The notes: a model not told the origin generated them from the sequence alone. Positions 53,140 to 62,550 are shown, counted from the first letter of the stretch. The stretch: 64,000 nucleotides of DNA from Candidatus Uhrbacteria bacterium (GCA_016188425.1 JACPHX010000016.1:22161-86160), one strand, 5' to 3'. Program-made: numbers and translations.

Positions 53140-54402
53140 TCACGCGGTCGGAACCGTGGCCTTGGCGGGCGTGAACGGATTGTTCCGCTGCATCGTCACC
53201 TCGACCTTGTTGCCATTATCGGAGCGTCGCACGCGCGTGAGAATCTCTCCTTCCACGCGGATGACGAAGCCGTCCTTGGTGTTCTCGTCGAGGATCGGCT
53301 GACCGTCCGGGACGAACGCGTACGTGCCGTCCGGCGAGGACTTCGCGATGACCGGCTGGAGGTAGAAGGCCTTGTTCTCGCCCTTGAGCGTGAACACCGA
53401 ACCGATCAGATTGCCGATCTGGTAGCCGATGCTCATCTCGACGATGACGCCTTCGAAGGAGGCGTGTTTCCACATCCCTTCCGGCATGATGTCGCCCGCG
53501 AGGCGCTTCTTGCCGAGGTTTCCATCGAGGTACTGGAGGCCTTTGCCGTCACTCTGCACGAGCAAGTCGCCCATGAAGGTGTGCACCCCACCCGACGCGA
53601 GCGGCACCGAGGCGATCGCCTCGCCCTTCCAGTAGATCTGGGAGCGCTCTTGCGCCGGGTTGGCGAGCACGATGGAGCGATGCTCGACCGTGGGCGACTC
53701 GCTGCGGAGGAAGCCCTTGTTGCCGAAGAGGGCGTGCTGCATCATCGAGAGGAAGTCGATCGTGGCCTGCTCCGGCGGGAACATCCCGATGGCGCTGGGG
53801 CTGCCGTCCGCAAGGATGTTCATGGCATCCAGGGTGAACCACGACGTGAAGCCCGTCTTGATCGCGACGAAGTTGTCCAGCGCGTCGTAGAGGCCTTCGG
53901 GCACCTGGCTCGCCGCGTTCTTGTTGGGGACGTACCCGCTGACGATGTAAGCGACGTAGCCGATGTCCTCCAGCGCGTAGGTCGGCTTTCCGGCCTTCAC
54001 GAGCGTCATCGGCCGCATATCCTTGCTCATGAGCTCCGCGAGGCCCTTGTTGGTCCCCACCGCGACGAGCACCACGAGCTTGCGGTTCTTGGGATCGGCG
54101 AACGTCTTGTGAAAGAAGAGCCCCTCGATCTCTTTGGGCGGGGTCGCGATGATGGGGTTGTCCTTGTTCTGCGCGGCGGCCGCAACAAGGGTCGTGTCCT
54201 TGGGGGCGATCTCGAGCGCGGGCCCGGTCTTCGCCGGGGTGTTCGCGGGCGGGGCCATCCGCTTCTCGATCTTCGTGCCCTTCGCGCGCACCTTGGTCGT
54301 CTTCTTGCCCTTGGTCGAGACGACCTTCGGGGCCTTGGGCTTGTTGGGGGCGATGTTCTTGCCCTTGGGGTTCCGCTTGGTCTTGTTGCCATTGGGATTC
54401 AT
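53140..54402 (-). CDS. Hypothetical protein with lysine-rich histone-H1-like N-terminal tail and ~330-aa C-terminal domain of unknown function; compositionally foreign
   Basis: Start at MNPNGNKTK with AGGAGA 6 nt upstream. GC3 ~80% and Lys encoded exclusively by AAG, versus ~55% GC3 and frequent AAA in the neighbouring polA. The plus-strand ORFs 53062..54426 and 53549..54499 are R/G/L-rich antisense artefacts. Confidence 0.6.
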   Translation of the reverse strand: MNPNGNKTKRNPKGKNIAPNKPKAPKVVSTKGKKTTKVRAKGTKIEKRMAPPANTPAKTGPALEIAPKDTTLVAAAAQNKDNPIIATPPKEIEGLFFHKTFADPKNRKLVVLVAVGTNKGLAELMSKDMRPMTLVKAGKPTYALEDIGYVAYIVSGYVPNKNAASQVPEGLYDALDNFVAIKTGFTSWFTLDAMNILADGSPSAIGMFPPEQATIDFLSMMQHALFGNKGFLRSESPTVEHRSIVLANPAQERSQIYWKGEAIASVPLASGGVHTFMGDLLVQSDGKGLQYLDGNLGKKRLAGDIMPEGMWKHASFEGVIVEMSIGYQIGNLIGSVFTLKGENKAFYLQPVIAKSSPDGTYAFVPDGQPILDENTKDGFVIRVEGEILTRVRRSDNGNKVEVTMQRNNPFTPAKATVPTA

Positions 54403-54645
54403 GTACCGTCTCCTGTCCTTGGGTAGAGGAACGAACCGGAACTGTTCCGGGACGTTCTGCATCCGCATACGTTCGATGTCTTCGAAAACGTACGATCACT
54501 GTAAAGCGATAGGCGCAATTCTAGTCGAAGCGGAAAATTGTGTCAAAGCGTGGGGATCGTTACAAAATCAAAAAGGTGCCGGGGATTGAGTGTTTGAGCA
54601 CTCGTTCCCCGACACCTGCACCGTCCCGGCCGTATGCCGGATCGA

Positions 54646-56910
54646 TCAACTCACCTTTCCCGTGCCCGTCCCCGTCGCCGGTGCGATTGGCGTCGCCACT
54701 GGTGTCGCCCCCGAAGGTGCAGGCGCCGCTGGCGGAACCACTCCATTGCTTTTTGGTTGCACTACAGGCACGACAACCTCAGGCACCGGACCAGTCCACC
54801 CAAGTACGCGCAGCTCATCGGTGTTCACTTGAAAGAACGCCTGCGGCCCCTTCAAAGAGGGCATCCGCGAAGGCAGAGGAGGGATCTCCTCGCCCAGCGA
54901 CTGGATCTCGTCCAGGATAGGACCCAACTCCCGAAGGGGTCGGAAAACCCTATCGAGAGCAGCAGCATACTTTTGCTGCTGAAGGGTTGCGTAGGGCATA
55001 GTCGGATTCCCAACCGCCCGACTCCTCGCCTCATCCTCGATGTGGCCGATCTCCATGCTGATCCGGGCATATTCGGCCCGGACCTTCTCTTGCAGCTGCG
55101 CCGCCCTTCGCAGCAGCGGACCAGCGTCCACCCATCCGATCTCCAGAAGAGAATCGAACATGTTGTCGATGAACCGACGAGGGTGAGGCTCGCCCGGATA
55201 GGCACTTCCCCATGTAGTCCGCGACTTCGGGAAACGAATATCCCCCTTCGCCGCTGCTCGCTCTGCCCGTCGTACCCTATCCAGCGCCGGCACCACGATC
55301 TTATCCCAGTGCTTGTGGACGACTTTCTCGATTTCCGAGCTCTTCGTCCGCTGTGGCGATGCTTCCTGGCGTATGGTCGTCTCAAACGACCGAAATGCCG
55401 TCACCAGTGCCTCGTCCGCATCGTGGATCTCCTTGTGCACTTGCTGCACCTTCTCATCCGTGAAGAACCCATCTATCGACGGCTCGTACCCTTCGACACG
55501 AAACCCTTCGAGAACATCTGGATTCCCCTTCGCGGCCTGATATTCCCGCGAATAGTAGAGGTGCAATTCCTTCGGAGCGCGACCCTTGAACAGGATCAGG
55601 AGAAGACTCGGAGCCATCATCACCAGATGCACGAGCATCACGATAAAAAAATTGCTCCAATCCGACCGAATGACCTTCCAGAGCGCCCGGTGCTGGTCGC
55701 TGATGCCGTTGCTCTCCTCGAAGTCTCCCGAATAAATCGCGGCGAGCTCCTTTGGATCCAATCTGCGGATCTTGTTTTCCTCCTCCTGTCGTTCGCGCTG
55801 AAGCGCTCGAACTTTGGAAGACCCGGTATCCGTGTCACCCCTCCGCATCGAGTCCGTTTCCTTGTCGAAGGCGACGATTGCCTCGCGTGCCGTCTTCTCG
55901 GCTTCTGTCCGCTCGGCGACCGTTTCCGCCTTGGTCTGCTTCAGATCCTGACAAATCCGGCCGCAGGTGCCTTTTTTGCTGGTGCCGTTGCCCGCTATCT
56001 CATCGGCGATCCGGCGGTCCAGTTCCTTGATACGCGCTTCGATTGGCTTCCGGTCCTCGGCAAGCGAAGCGATGAGCTCCGAGCGCGCACCTTTGCGTCC
56101 TTCCAAAGCCGCCGACTGGCCGTCGGACGAGCCCTTGCTCGCTTCCGCGATCAATTTCTCATACTCGTCCCGCTTGCTGGCGACCGCATCCTCTCGGATT
56201 TTGTCGAGTTTGGGTTTTTTGTCCCTGTCCAGCTGCCGCACGATCTCCTGTCTCATGAAGAGCAGGTCCAGTGGAAGCGCGGTGGCGAACGTGAACCCAA
56301 GGGCAAGGATGATGCGCAGGAGGAATGGATTCTTCATCCAGCCCATCCACTTGCTCCACTGCTCCCGCGCCCGTTTGAATGCGAGGACGTCGACCTTGTA
56401 CAAAGATAGGTCGACCAGGGCGATCAGCAGCGGAAACGCCATCCCCAGGACATAAACCCATGCGTTAGTTTGGAGACCAATGAACCAGTACCCCATCCAC
56501 GCGAACACGTCGATGACGAAGTTCACGCCAATGAGCGCCTTGGCATCCAAGATGGCCTTGGAAGCCGGTGGCTCGAGGTTTCGGTCCCCATAGACCTTGA
56601 GGTCGATGAGCTCTGGAATCCGTAGAAAATTGACGATCTTGTCCAGCGTCGCCCACAAGAACATGGTGACACTCATAAGGATTCGTCCCATGTACGCGAA
56701 CGCACGTTCAACGGCGTTCAACGTCTGGTACCACTTCCTTGCGATCCAATCCCCGATCCCCTCCGCCGTCCTCCATCCTCTTACGAGAATGTTTGGCCGC
56801 GGAGGCGTCGGCCTCTCAACCTGCGTTACTGGGTCTTGCCCCCCGACGTTCGTCTGGGGCTCTTGTTGTTGGTTCCCGGCTTGTCCGCCTGGATCTTGTC
56901 TTGTTGCCAT
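54646..56910 (-). CDS. Membrane protein with four TM helices flanking a ~250-aa charged coiled-coil (possibly DUF4407-like) and Pro-rich C-tail
   Basis: Start at MATRQDPGG with AAGGAGG upstream. TM helices MSVTMFLWATL..., FVIDVFAWMGYWFIGL, VYVLGMAFPLLIALV, LLRIILALGFTFATALPL and a later FFIVMLVHLVMMAPSLLLILF. Strongly KR/E-rich heptad region. Confidence 0.5.
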   Translation of the reverse strand: MATRQDPGGQAGNQQQEPQTNVGGQDPVTQVERPTPPRPNILVRGWRTAEGIGDWIARKWYQTLNAVERAFAYMGRILMSVTMFLWATLDKIVNFLRIPELIDLKVYGDRNLEPPASKAILDAKALIGVNFVIDVFAWMGYWFIGLQTNAWVYVLGMAFPLLIALVDLSLYKVDVLAFKRAREQWSKWMGWMKNPFLLRIILALGFTFATALPLDLLFMRQEIVRQLDRDKKPKLDKIREDAVASKRDEYEKLIAEASKGSSDGQSAALEGRKGARSELIASLAEDRKPIEARIKELDRRIADEIAGNGTSKKGTCGRICQDLKQTKAETVAERTEAEKTAREAIVAFDKETDSMRRGDTDTGSSKVRALQRERQEEENKIRRLDPKELAAIYSGDFEESNGISDQHRALWKVIRSDWSNFFIVMLVHLVMMAPSLLLILFKGRAPKELHLYYSREYQAAKGNPDVLEGFRVEGYEPSIDGFFTDEKVQQVHKEIHDADEALVTAFRSFETTIRQEASPQRTKSSEIEKVVHKHWDKIVVPALDRVRRAERAAAKGDIRFPKSRTTWGSAYPGEPHPRRFIDNMFDSLLEIGWVDAGPLLRRAAQLQEKVRAEYARISMEIGHIEDEARSRAVGNPTMPYATLQQQKYAAALDRVFRPLRELGPILDEIQSLGEEIPPLPSRMPSLKGPQAFFQVNTDELRVLGWTGPVPEVVVPVVQPKSNGVVPPAAPAPSGATPVATPIAPATGTGTGKVS

Positions 56911-57063
56911 GTTGTGAAAGGCCTCCTTCGCCTTTTCAGAACCGTTGTTTGGTGAGGTCTTGGAGCTCTGGCTGTAATGAAATGCAGGCAGAGACAAGAC
57001 GAGAAAATACCATATTTTGGCCAAAAAGTCAAGATCCTGGCTGTAAGCTATAATGGAACAACT

Positions 57064-57771
57064 ATGAGCTTATTTTTCTTGGCTATTTTGGCAGGATTCC
57101 TGACTATCATTGCCCCCTGTATTCTTCCTGTCCTCCCCATAGTCCTAGGAAGCGGATCCTCGCCCTCAAAGGCCAGACCCCTCTTCGTGGTCGCTGGTTT
57201 CATCCTTTCCTTCAGCATTATCGGCGCCGCTTTTGCCACGGCCGGCTCATTTATCGGCCTTTCCCAAGACACCGTCCGTCTCGTCGCCTCTCTGTTATTG
57301 ATCTTGTTTGGTTGCTCCATGCTTTTTGAAGAAACGTTTTCCCGTTTCACAAGCAAGCTCTCCTCCCCCCTTTCCAAAGCGGGACAAAGAATCAGCGCTC
57401 CCGCGGCTACCCATCAGCACCCAGCGTTTGGACTCCTGGTTGGGTTGTCTCTCGGTTTGATCTGGACGCCCTGCGCCGGCCCTATCCTTGGAACAATCCT
57501 GACTTTGTCCTTCACGGAAAAAGATTTCATCCTGACAGCTGTCCTCTTTGGCGCCTATGCTTTGGGTGCTGGCATCCCCATGCTCGCCATCGCCTATGGC
57601 TCCGGTCGCATCTTAAGCCGACTGCGCGCCTTCAGTTCCCGCGCCCATCTCATCAACCGCATCTTCGGCGCCCTCATTATCCTCGCGGGGATAGGAATCC
57701 TTACTGGGTACGACCGATACCTGCAGGCAGCCCTTATCCAGTTTTACCCTGAACGCTTTCTCCCCCTATGA
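57064..57771 (+). CDS. ccdA: Cytochrome c-type biogenesis / thiol-disulfide transporter CcdA (DsbD beta-core)
   Basis: Six TM helices with paired Cys in TM1 (IAPCILPVLP) and TM4 (WTPCAGPIL). The stop overlaps the downstream redoxin start (ATGA). Confidence 0.85.
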   Translation: MSLFFLAILAGFLTIIAPCILPVLPIVLGSGSSPSKARPLFVVAGFILSFSIIGAAFATAGSFIGLSQDTVRLVASLLLILFGCSMLFEETFSRFTSKLSSPLSKAGQRISAPAATHQHPAFGLLVGLSLGLIWTPCAGPILGTILTLSFTEKDFILTAVLFGAYALGAGIPMLAIAYGSGRILSRLRAFSSRAHLINRIFGALIILAGIGILTGYDRYLQAALIQFYPERFLPL

Positions 57772-58916
57772 AATACCGCGCGCTCATTGCCGTCATTATT
57801 ATTTTTGTTTTCGTGGTGGTGGGCGGCATCATCACTTCCACTCGGATTGGAAGCAAAGCGAATCTTCCATCACTGAACGCGCTCATCCAAACCCAACCGC
57901 TGATGCCGGATATGGATTTGCCGGTGCTGGGAACACTTCCAAAAATCGAAGGCATCGCCGCCTGGATCAATACAGGCGGCATCAACCAAGACGACCTAAA
58001 AAACAAAGTGGTCCTGGTGGATTTCATGACCTATTCCTGCATCAATTGCATCCGAACCTTCCCCACCCTGAACCGATGGTACGATAAATATCACCGCAGC
58101 GGCCTTGTGATGATTGGCATTCATACTCCCGAGTTTGATTTTGAAAAAAAACAGGATTCTGTTCAACGAGCCGTGAATGATTATGGCATCAAATTTCCGG
58201 TCGGACTGGATAACGACTATAAAACCTGGAACAATTTCCAAAACCGCTTCTGGCCCGCCACGTATCTTTTTGATCGCACCGGCGCCCTCCGATATACCCA
58301 TTTTGGCGAGGGAAATTATGAGGTCACAGAGGCCGCCATTCAGGAACTGTTGGATACCGATGAGGAAATCACAAACTCCTCGTCGCCAGATTTTAAAAAA
58401 ATCGCCTCCCCTGAAACGTACTTTGGATGGAAAAGGGCGGACCGATACGCAGGAAATATAGACATCGATGCCAATGACCGCGCCCTCTACGAATTCCCTA
58501 CATACCTCCCCAAAAACAACTGGGCCTTGCAGGGCGGCTGGACGGTCTTCAAGGAATACGCCCTGGCCGATGGCCCAAGCCGTCTCCAATTCCGTTTTGA
58601 CGCACCGAAGGTTTACTTCGTCCTGGCGCCAGAAACGGCCAAACAAACCAAAGTGAATGTCCGTCTTGATGGTCAGTGGGTGCCGAAACAATACGCAGGG
58701 GCAGACGTATCGGTAGAATCCACTACTGACAGAAGTTATGTGACCATTGAGTATCCGCAGCTATATGAGCTTCTGGCGAATATAGAAGGGGAACACACGA
58801 TAGAACTGGAATTTTTGGAACCAAACAGCAAGGTCTACTCCATCACGTTCGGGGCTGGAGAAAAGCCGACAACGAGCGAACAGCCGGCGGCTCCGACAGA
58901 GGTAAAACCACAATAA
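57768..58916 (+). CDS. Membrane-anchored thioredoxin-fold protein (TlpA/ResA-like, CxxC = SCINC) with extra C-terminal beta domain
   Basis: N-terminal TM anchor. VVLVDFMTYSCINCIRTFP redoxin motif. Translationally coupled to ccdA. Confidence 0.8.
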   Translation: MKYRALIAVIIIFVFVVVGGIITSTRIGSKANLPSLNALIQTQPLMPDMDLPVLGTLPKIEGIAAWINTGGINQDDLKNKVVLVDFMTYSCINCIRTFPTLNRWYDKYHRSGLVMIGIHTPEFDFEKKQDSVQRAVNDYGIKFPVGLDNDYKTWNNFQNRFWPATYLFDRTGALRYTHFGEGNYEVTEAAIQELLDTDEEITNSSSPDFKKIASPETYFGWKRADRYAGNIDIDANDRALYEFPTYLPKNNWALQGGWTVFKEYALADGPSRLQFRFDAPKVYFVLAPETAKQTKVNVRLDGQWVPKQYAGADVSVESTTDRSYVTIEYPQLYELLANIEGEHTIELEFLEPNSKVYSITFGAGEKPTTSEQPAAPTEVKPQ

Positions 58917-58979
58917 GCGTTCTTTGCCCGCTTTTTACCGTGAACGAAAAAACAGGCCATCCGTTCGATGTGCCTGTGC

Positions 58980-59963
58980 TTAGTCCAATATCGCGTTTGC
59001 AATAGAGGTCGCGAGGCTCAAAACCCTGAAAGGGCCTTTGCCGTCGAGATCGCGGGCGCTCGGGCAGGAATCCGTTACCCAGACCTTTTCGAATCCAGCA
59101 TCGAGGAACTTCTTCCAGGAGCCGTTTTCAAGCACTCCATGCGTGACGAACACGCTTACTTTCCGCGCGCCAGCAGCCAACAACGCATCCCGACACCTGA
59201 TGATCGTTCCACCCGAATGAATGAGATCATCAATGATCACCACGTCGCAACCGCGCGCCTCGCCTCGGCTGACATGCACATCGCGCTTGTCGCCATCCCT
59301 ATCTTTGTCACAAACGACGAAGGGGTACGGCGACCTCCCATTCTCGTCCAGGAACATTACCTTGAACCTCTTGCGAGCGCCGTCATCTGGAAAAACGATC
59401 GACACGTTGCGCCCCGCGAGCACCTCCTTGAGGAGCTTGGTTCCCGTCTTGAACCGTGGCGAAATGCTGGGGCCGAAGTAATGCCGGTTCGCGAGCGCGT
59501 GAATGTCCCACAGGTACAGCGGGATCGGCCCGGGGCCAGCTGGCGGCAACCCCGAGAACATCTGCGCCAGCGTGCTGGCCGTCGCCACTTGCCCCTCTTC
59601 GTCGACCCGCTCCATCGTTCCCGTCGGGAAATAGGGGAGAAGGATCCGCAACGATGTGGGCGCGAGCGCGGCGAGCGTGTGCAGGACGCTCCATTGCTCG
59701 AAAATCGTCCCAGGCTTATCGAAACAAGCCAGGAACGAAACATGTGAATGCCTGACCTGATCCACGTGACGAATGAACGTGTTTGGGAACCCGTCTGGGA
59801 ATTGTCCCCAGGAGATATCCCCTAAGGTAATGTTGGCTTGTCGCTTCACCACCTCCCGGGCGAGCGACTCCATTTGAGGACTGAACAGAAGCACGTATCT
59901 ATCCACGTGTATTCCCCCGCGATGATCGGTTAAGAGCCAGTAGACACCCACAGAATACCACAC
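58980..59963 (-). CDS. prs: Ribose-phosphate pyrophosphokinase family protein
   Basis: Divalent-cation site LYLWDIHA and PRPP-binding loop CDVVIIDDLIHSGGTI. The N-terminus is uncertain; a non-ATG start near VDRYVLLF is possible. Confidence 0.7.
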   Translation of the reverse strand: MWYSVGVYWLLTDHRGGIHVDRYVLLFSPQMESLAREVVKRQANITLGDISWGQFPDGFPNTFIRHVDQVRHSHVSFLACFDKPGTIFEQWSVLHTLAALAPTSLRILLPYFPTGTMERVDEEGQVATASTLAQMFSGLPPAGPGPIPLYLWDIHALANRHYFGPSISPRFKTGTKLLKEVLAGRNVSIVFPDDGARKRFKVMFLDENGRSPYPFVVCDKDRDGDKRDVHVSRGEARGCDVVIIDDLIHSGGTIIRCRDALLAAGARKVSVFVTHGVLENGSWKKFLDAGFEKVWVTDSCPSARDLDGKGPFRVLSLATSIANAILD

Positions 59964-60029
59964 TATGTTTTTTGAACGAGTAAAGAACCGTCCACAAAAA
60001 TAGGACGGCCGCGCGCGCGTCGCCGTCCG

Positions 60030-60311
60030 TCAGTTCATCTTCCGTCTTCGCTGTGCGATCAGCAAGGCCTGTTTGGCTCGCCAGGTTTCGATCTTGAGAT
60101 CTTTTCGGATCCGCTTCGTTTCTCCCTCGACTTGATCCATATACTCATTGAACCAAGTCGCGCATCTGTCACAGGATTCAAGATGCCCGTTCAAAACCTC
60201 CTCCAGCTCCTCCGTCTCCCACGTATCGACCTCCTTATCCGACAAGAACAACTTGACGTCCTCGCAGGTAGGGAACGTCAGTTCCCCGGTGGACGAATCT
60301 TTTTCATTCAT
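60030..60311 (-). CDS. Small acidic Cys/His protein with ZAS-like HxxxCxxC motif (HLESCDRC); possible zinc-finger anti-sigma-like protein
   Basis: 93 aa. Cys at PTCEDV plus H-x3-C-x2-C. Basic C-terminal tail. No sigma factor gene nearby. Confidence 0.3.
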   Translation of the reverse strand: MNEKDSSTGELTFPTCEDVKLFLSDKEVDTWETEELEEVLNGHLESCDRCATWFNEYMDQVEGETKRIRKDLKIETWRAKQALLIAQRRRKMN

Positions 60312-60406
60312 TACTGACCCGCTCTAGCGAAAATTGACGATCAAGGCAAAAGAAAACCACAAAACCCTTGCCTTCCCGCTCCTTTTTTTGTATCCTCCCC
60401 ACACAT

Positions 60407-60482
60407 GGCGGCTATGGTGAAATGGCTATCACATCGGGTTGTGGTCCCGACGGTACGGGTTCGATCCCCGTTAGCCGCCCCA
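60407..60482 (+). tRNA. tRNA-His (anticodon GTG) with encoded G-1:C73
   Basis: G-GCGGCTA...TAGCCGC-C-CCA, D arm GTGA/TCAC, anticodon stem TCGGG/CCCGA with loop TTGTGGT, T arm ACGGGTTCGATCCCCGT. Confidence 0.9.
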
Positions 60483-60483
60483 T

Positions 60484-60516
60484 AAAACACCCTCGAAAGA
60501 GGGTGTTTTGTTTTTC
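60484..60516 (+). terminator. Rho-independent terminator aaaacaccctc-gaaa-gagggtgttttgttttt
   Basis: Perfect GC stem plus T-tract directly after tRNA-His. Confidence 0.75.
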
Positions 60517-60533
60517 CATAAAAATGTCTTCGT

Positions 60534-61349
60534 CTACCAAAACCACCCCACCATCGCCCCGACGCACAGGAATGGGAAGAGCGGCACCACGTGACGGAAC
60601 CTCGCGACAACCATCGCGATCAAGAGCCCAATCATTAATCCTCCAATAAGCGGCAATGTCGGCTCCCATCCGCGATGGATGACCGAAGAGGCGACGAGCG
60701 CCGCCGGAAACAAGGCGTCACCGACTCCAATGATCGCCGCCGGCTTGGCATGCGCGATCGTTTGTAACCAATCGCTTCGCTTCTGTGGCACAGCAAAAAT
60801 CAACGGTGCGTGGATCGCGATGGCTTGCAATGCTAATTTCGGAATCATCATAGAAAAAAAGACGCCGAGAACGTCGTAAATGCTCAAAAAAACAAAGGCG
60901 ATCAGCAAGAACGGCGCTTGGTACCAGACCGAAATCCAAAGACCTGCAAAGACGGCCAATGCGGTCACAAAAATTCCATTCACCAGATACGTCCGCGCAG
61001 TGCGCTCCCAGGCCCAGAGGACGATCGCGATCAGGAGCGCGAGAACGGGATTGATAAACAAAGTTAGCCCAGAAAAAATCAGACTCGCCGCCGACACCGA
61101 AATGACATGCCCAAACCATTTATTGTGACGAAGAACGAACAAGAGGAGGAGCGCGATCACAAAGGAGAGGAAAAATGATGGGATACCTGGCTGCACCAGC
61201 TCCCCGATCGGTTCCTGCGCCCACGTGAACGAACGCAAAGGAAACGCGCCTATAAACGCCAAAAACCAAACGCCCACGAGCCATCCCACGCTCCATTCCA
61301 TCGCGTGCCATGGATGCGCTTGCGCTACAGGTTGTCGTTTCCCTCCCAT
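60534..61349 (-). CDS. Polytopic membrane protein; candidate presenilin/SPP-type intramembrane aspartyl protease (A22-like)
   Basis: Eight or more TM helices, with YD (FLSIYDVLGVF) and GxGD (IIGVGDALFP) motifs in consecutive helices and a downstream PxL-like VPLFPF. The family call is tentative. Confidence 0.45.
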   Translation of the reverse strand: MGGKRQPVAQAHPWHAMEWSVGWLVGVWFLAFIGAFPLRSFTWAQEPIGELVQPGIPSFFLSFVIALLLLFVLRHNKWFGHVISVSAASLIFSGLTLFINPVLALLIAIVLWAWERTARTYLVNGIFVTALAVFAGLWISVWYQAPFLLIAFVFLSIYDVLGVFFSMMIPKLALQAIAIHAPLIFAVPQKRSDWLQTIAHAKPAAIIGVGDALFPAALVASSVIHRGWEPTLPLIGGLMIGLLIAMVVARFRHVVPLFPFLCVGAMVGWFW

Positions 61350-61389
61350 ATTAGTAGTATTCTATCACGTTGTACGCAAACTCAATTGA

Positions 61390-61464
61390 GTCCCTGTAGC
61401 TCAACGGATAGAGCTGCGCTCTTCTAAGGCGTAGATGGGGGTTCGATTCCCTCCAGGGACGCCA
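61390..61464 (+). tRNA. tRNA-Arg (anticodon TCT)
   Basis: GTCCCTGTAGCTCAACGGATAGAGCTGCGCTCTTCTAAGGCGTAGATGGGGGTTCGATTCCCTCCAGGGACGCCA. Confidence 0.9.
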
Positions 61465-61497
61465 CAAAAAATCCTGCTTTGCGGGATTTTTTGTTTA
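61465..61497 (+). terminator. Rho-independent terminator aaaaaatcctgc-ttt-gcgggattttttgttt
   Basis: Stem atcctgc/gcgggat plus T-tract. Confidence 0.7.
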
Positions 61498-61552
61498 GGA
61501 AAAAATAATCATCTAATTGCTAACCCATCGGTCCAGTCCTTCTTAGCCATTT

Positions 61553-62479
61553 CTAGCCCTTCCCCTTCCCATGGAACTTCTCATGTATCTTCTTCAACTG
61601 CGGATCCGTCACATGCGTATATATCTGAGTCGTCGTTATCGATGCGTGCCCCAACATGGCCTGTACCGATCGAATATCTGCCCCAGACCTCAACAAATCC
61701 GTCGCAAAGGTGTGTCGGAGCGTGTGCGGCGTGATCTTTTTGGAAATCCCCGCCTCCCGCGCGTAGCGAGCCACTGTCCGTTCGATGGAGCGAGGGGTCA
61801 GAGGGCCCGCCTCCTCCCGGCCGTTCTTGGCGCGATCGTGGGAGACGAAGGCGAATGGTGATGTATCTTTCCGTTTCTTGAAATACCGGTCGATTGCCTC
61901 GGCCGCTGGCTCCGAGAGAAAAACAATACGTGGTTTGTCTCCCTTGCCGCGCACAGTGAACTCCCGTTTCTTCGTATTAATCTGATCGATGTGCAAGTTC
62001 GACAGCTCCGAGACCCGGAGCCCTGTCGCGAACAAACATTCGAGGATTGCTTGGTCGCGCAGGGCAATCATCGAATCTCCCAGCTTCATTGGAAGCACCA
62101 ACATTCTCTCCAACTCATCCGTTTCCAGGAACTCAACGGATCGCTGCGATTGCTTTGCAAGCTCCACCTTCTCTGGAGGCAAACTCGCGATGTCGCGTTT
62201 GGACAGGTACTTAAGGAATGACCGCAACGCGATCAGATGATAGTTTTGTGTAGATTTTTTGAGATTCTCCTCATCTCTTCCTTCAATAGAGCGGTTGAGC
62301 CAAAGCCGATACCGTCGTAACACCTCGGGTGTAATGTCTCTGGGACCAATTTTTCCCACCCATTTGGAAAACCGCTTCAGATAAAATTCATAATTGCGTA
62401 CCGTCCGAGGGGAACGCCCTTGTTCGATTTCCAGATACTCCAAGTAATCCTTCAGTAATTTGTCCAAGGGGCTGTTCAT
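61553..62479 (-). CDS. Tyrosine recombinase XerC/XerD family
   Basis: N-terminal SAM-like core-binding domain (LLKDYLEYLEIEQGRSPRTVRNYEFYLKRF) and catalytic R..HxxR..Y (HTLRHTFATDLL ... IYTHV). Start at the internal Met MNSPLDK. Confidence 0.8.
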   Translation of the reverse strand: MNSPLDKLLKDYLEYLEIEQGRSPRTVRNYEFYLKRFSKWVGKIGPRDITPEVLRRYRLWLNRSIEGRDEENLKKSTQNYHLIALRSFLKYLSKRDIASLPPEKVELAKQSQRSVEFLETDELERMLVLPMKLGDSMIALRDQAILECLFATGLRVSELSNLHIDQINTKKREFTVRGKGDKPRIVFLSEPAAEAIDRYFKKRKDTSPFAFVSHDRAKNGREEAGPLTPRSIERTVARYAREAGISKKITPHTLRHTFATDLLRSGADIRSVQAMLGHASITTTQIYTHVTDPQLKKIHEKFHGKGKG

Positions 62480-62550
62480 ACACAGGTATGATACTTGAGT
62501 CCCTGGTTTGCCTCTAGGGAGCATGGTAAGATCGGACATATTTAAAAACT

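Noticed and set aside
53062-54499. Plus-strand ORF 53062..54426 (454 aa) and minus-frame ORF 53549..54499 (316 aa) overlapping the K-rich-tail gene
   Set aside because: Both are R/L/G/D/E-rich with no motifs. The chosen frame has an SD, a coherent globular C-domain and a consistent codon bias (GC in third position), whereas the alternatives place the GC in other codon positions.
58980-59963. Alternative reading of the prs region on the plus strand (ORFs 58968..59747, 59456..59755)
   Set aside because: The minus-strand frame carries the diagnostic PRPP-binding loop and Prs divalent-cation motif. The plus-strand frames are Arg-rich antisense.
61390-62479. Tyrosine recombinase adjacent to tRNA-Arg(TCT) as the integrase of a genomic island or prophage
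   Set aside because: The protein has the XerC/XerD-type SAM-like N-domain and size. The flanking genes (dsbA-like, cofE-like, membrane protease) look chromosomal, and no att-like direct repeat of the tRNA 3' end was spotted. Most likely it is the housekeeping Xer recombinase, though an island to the right of the window cannot be excluded.
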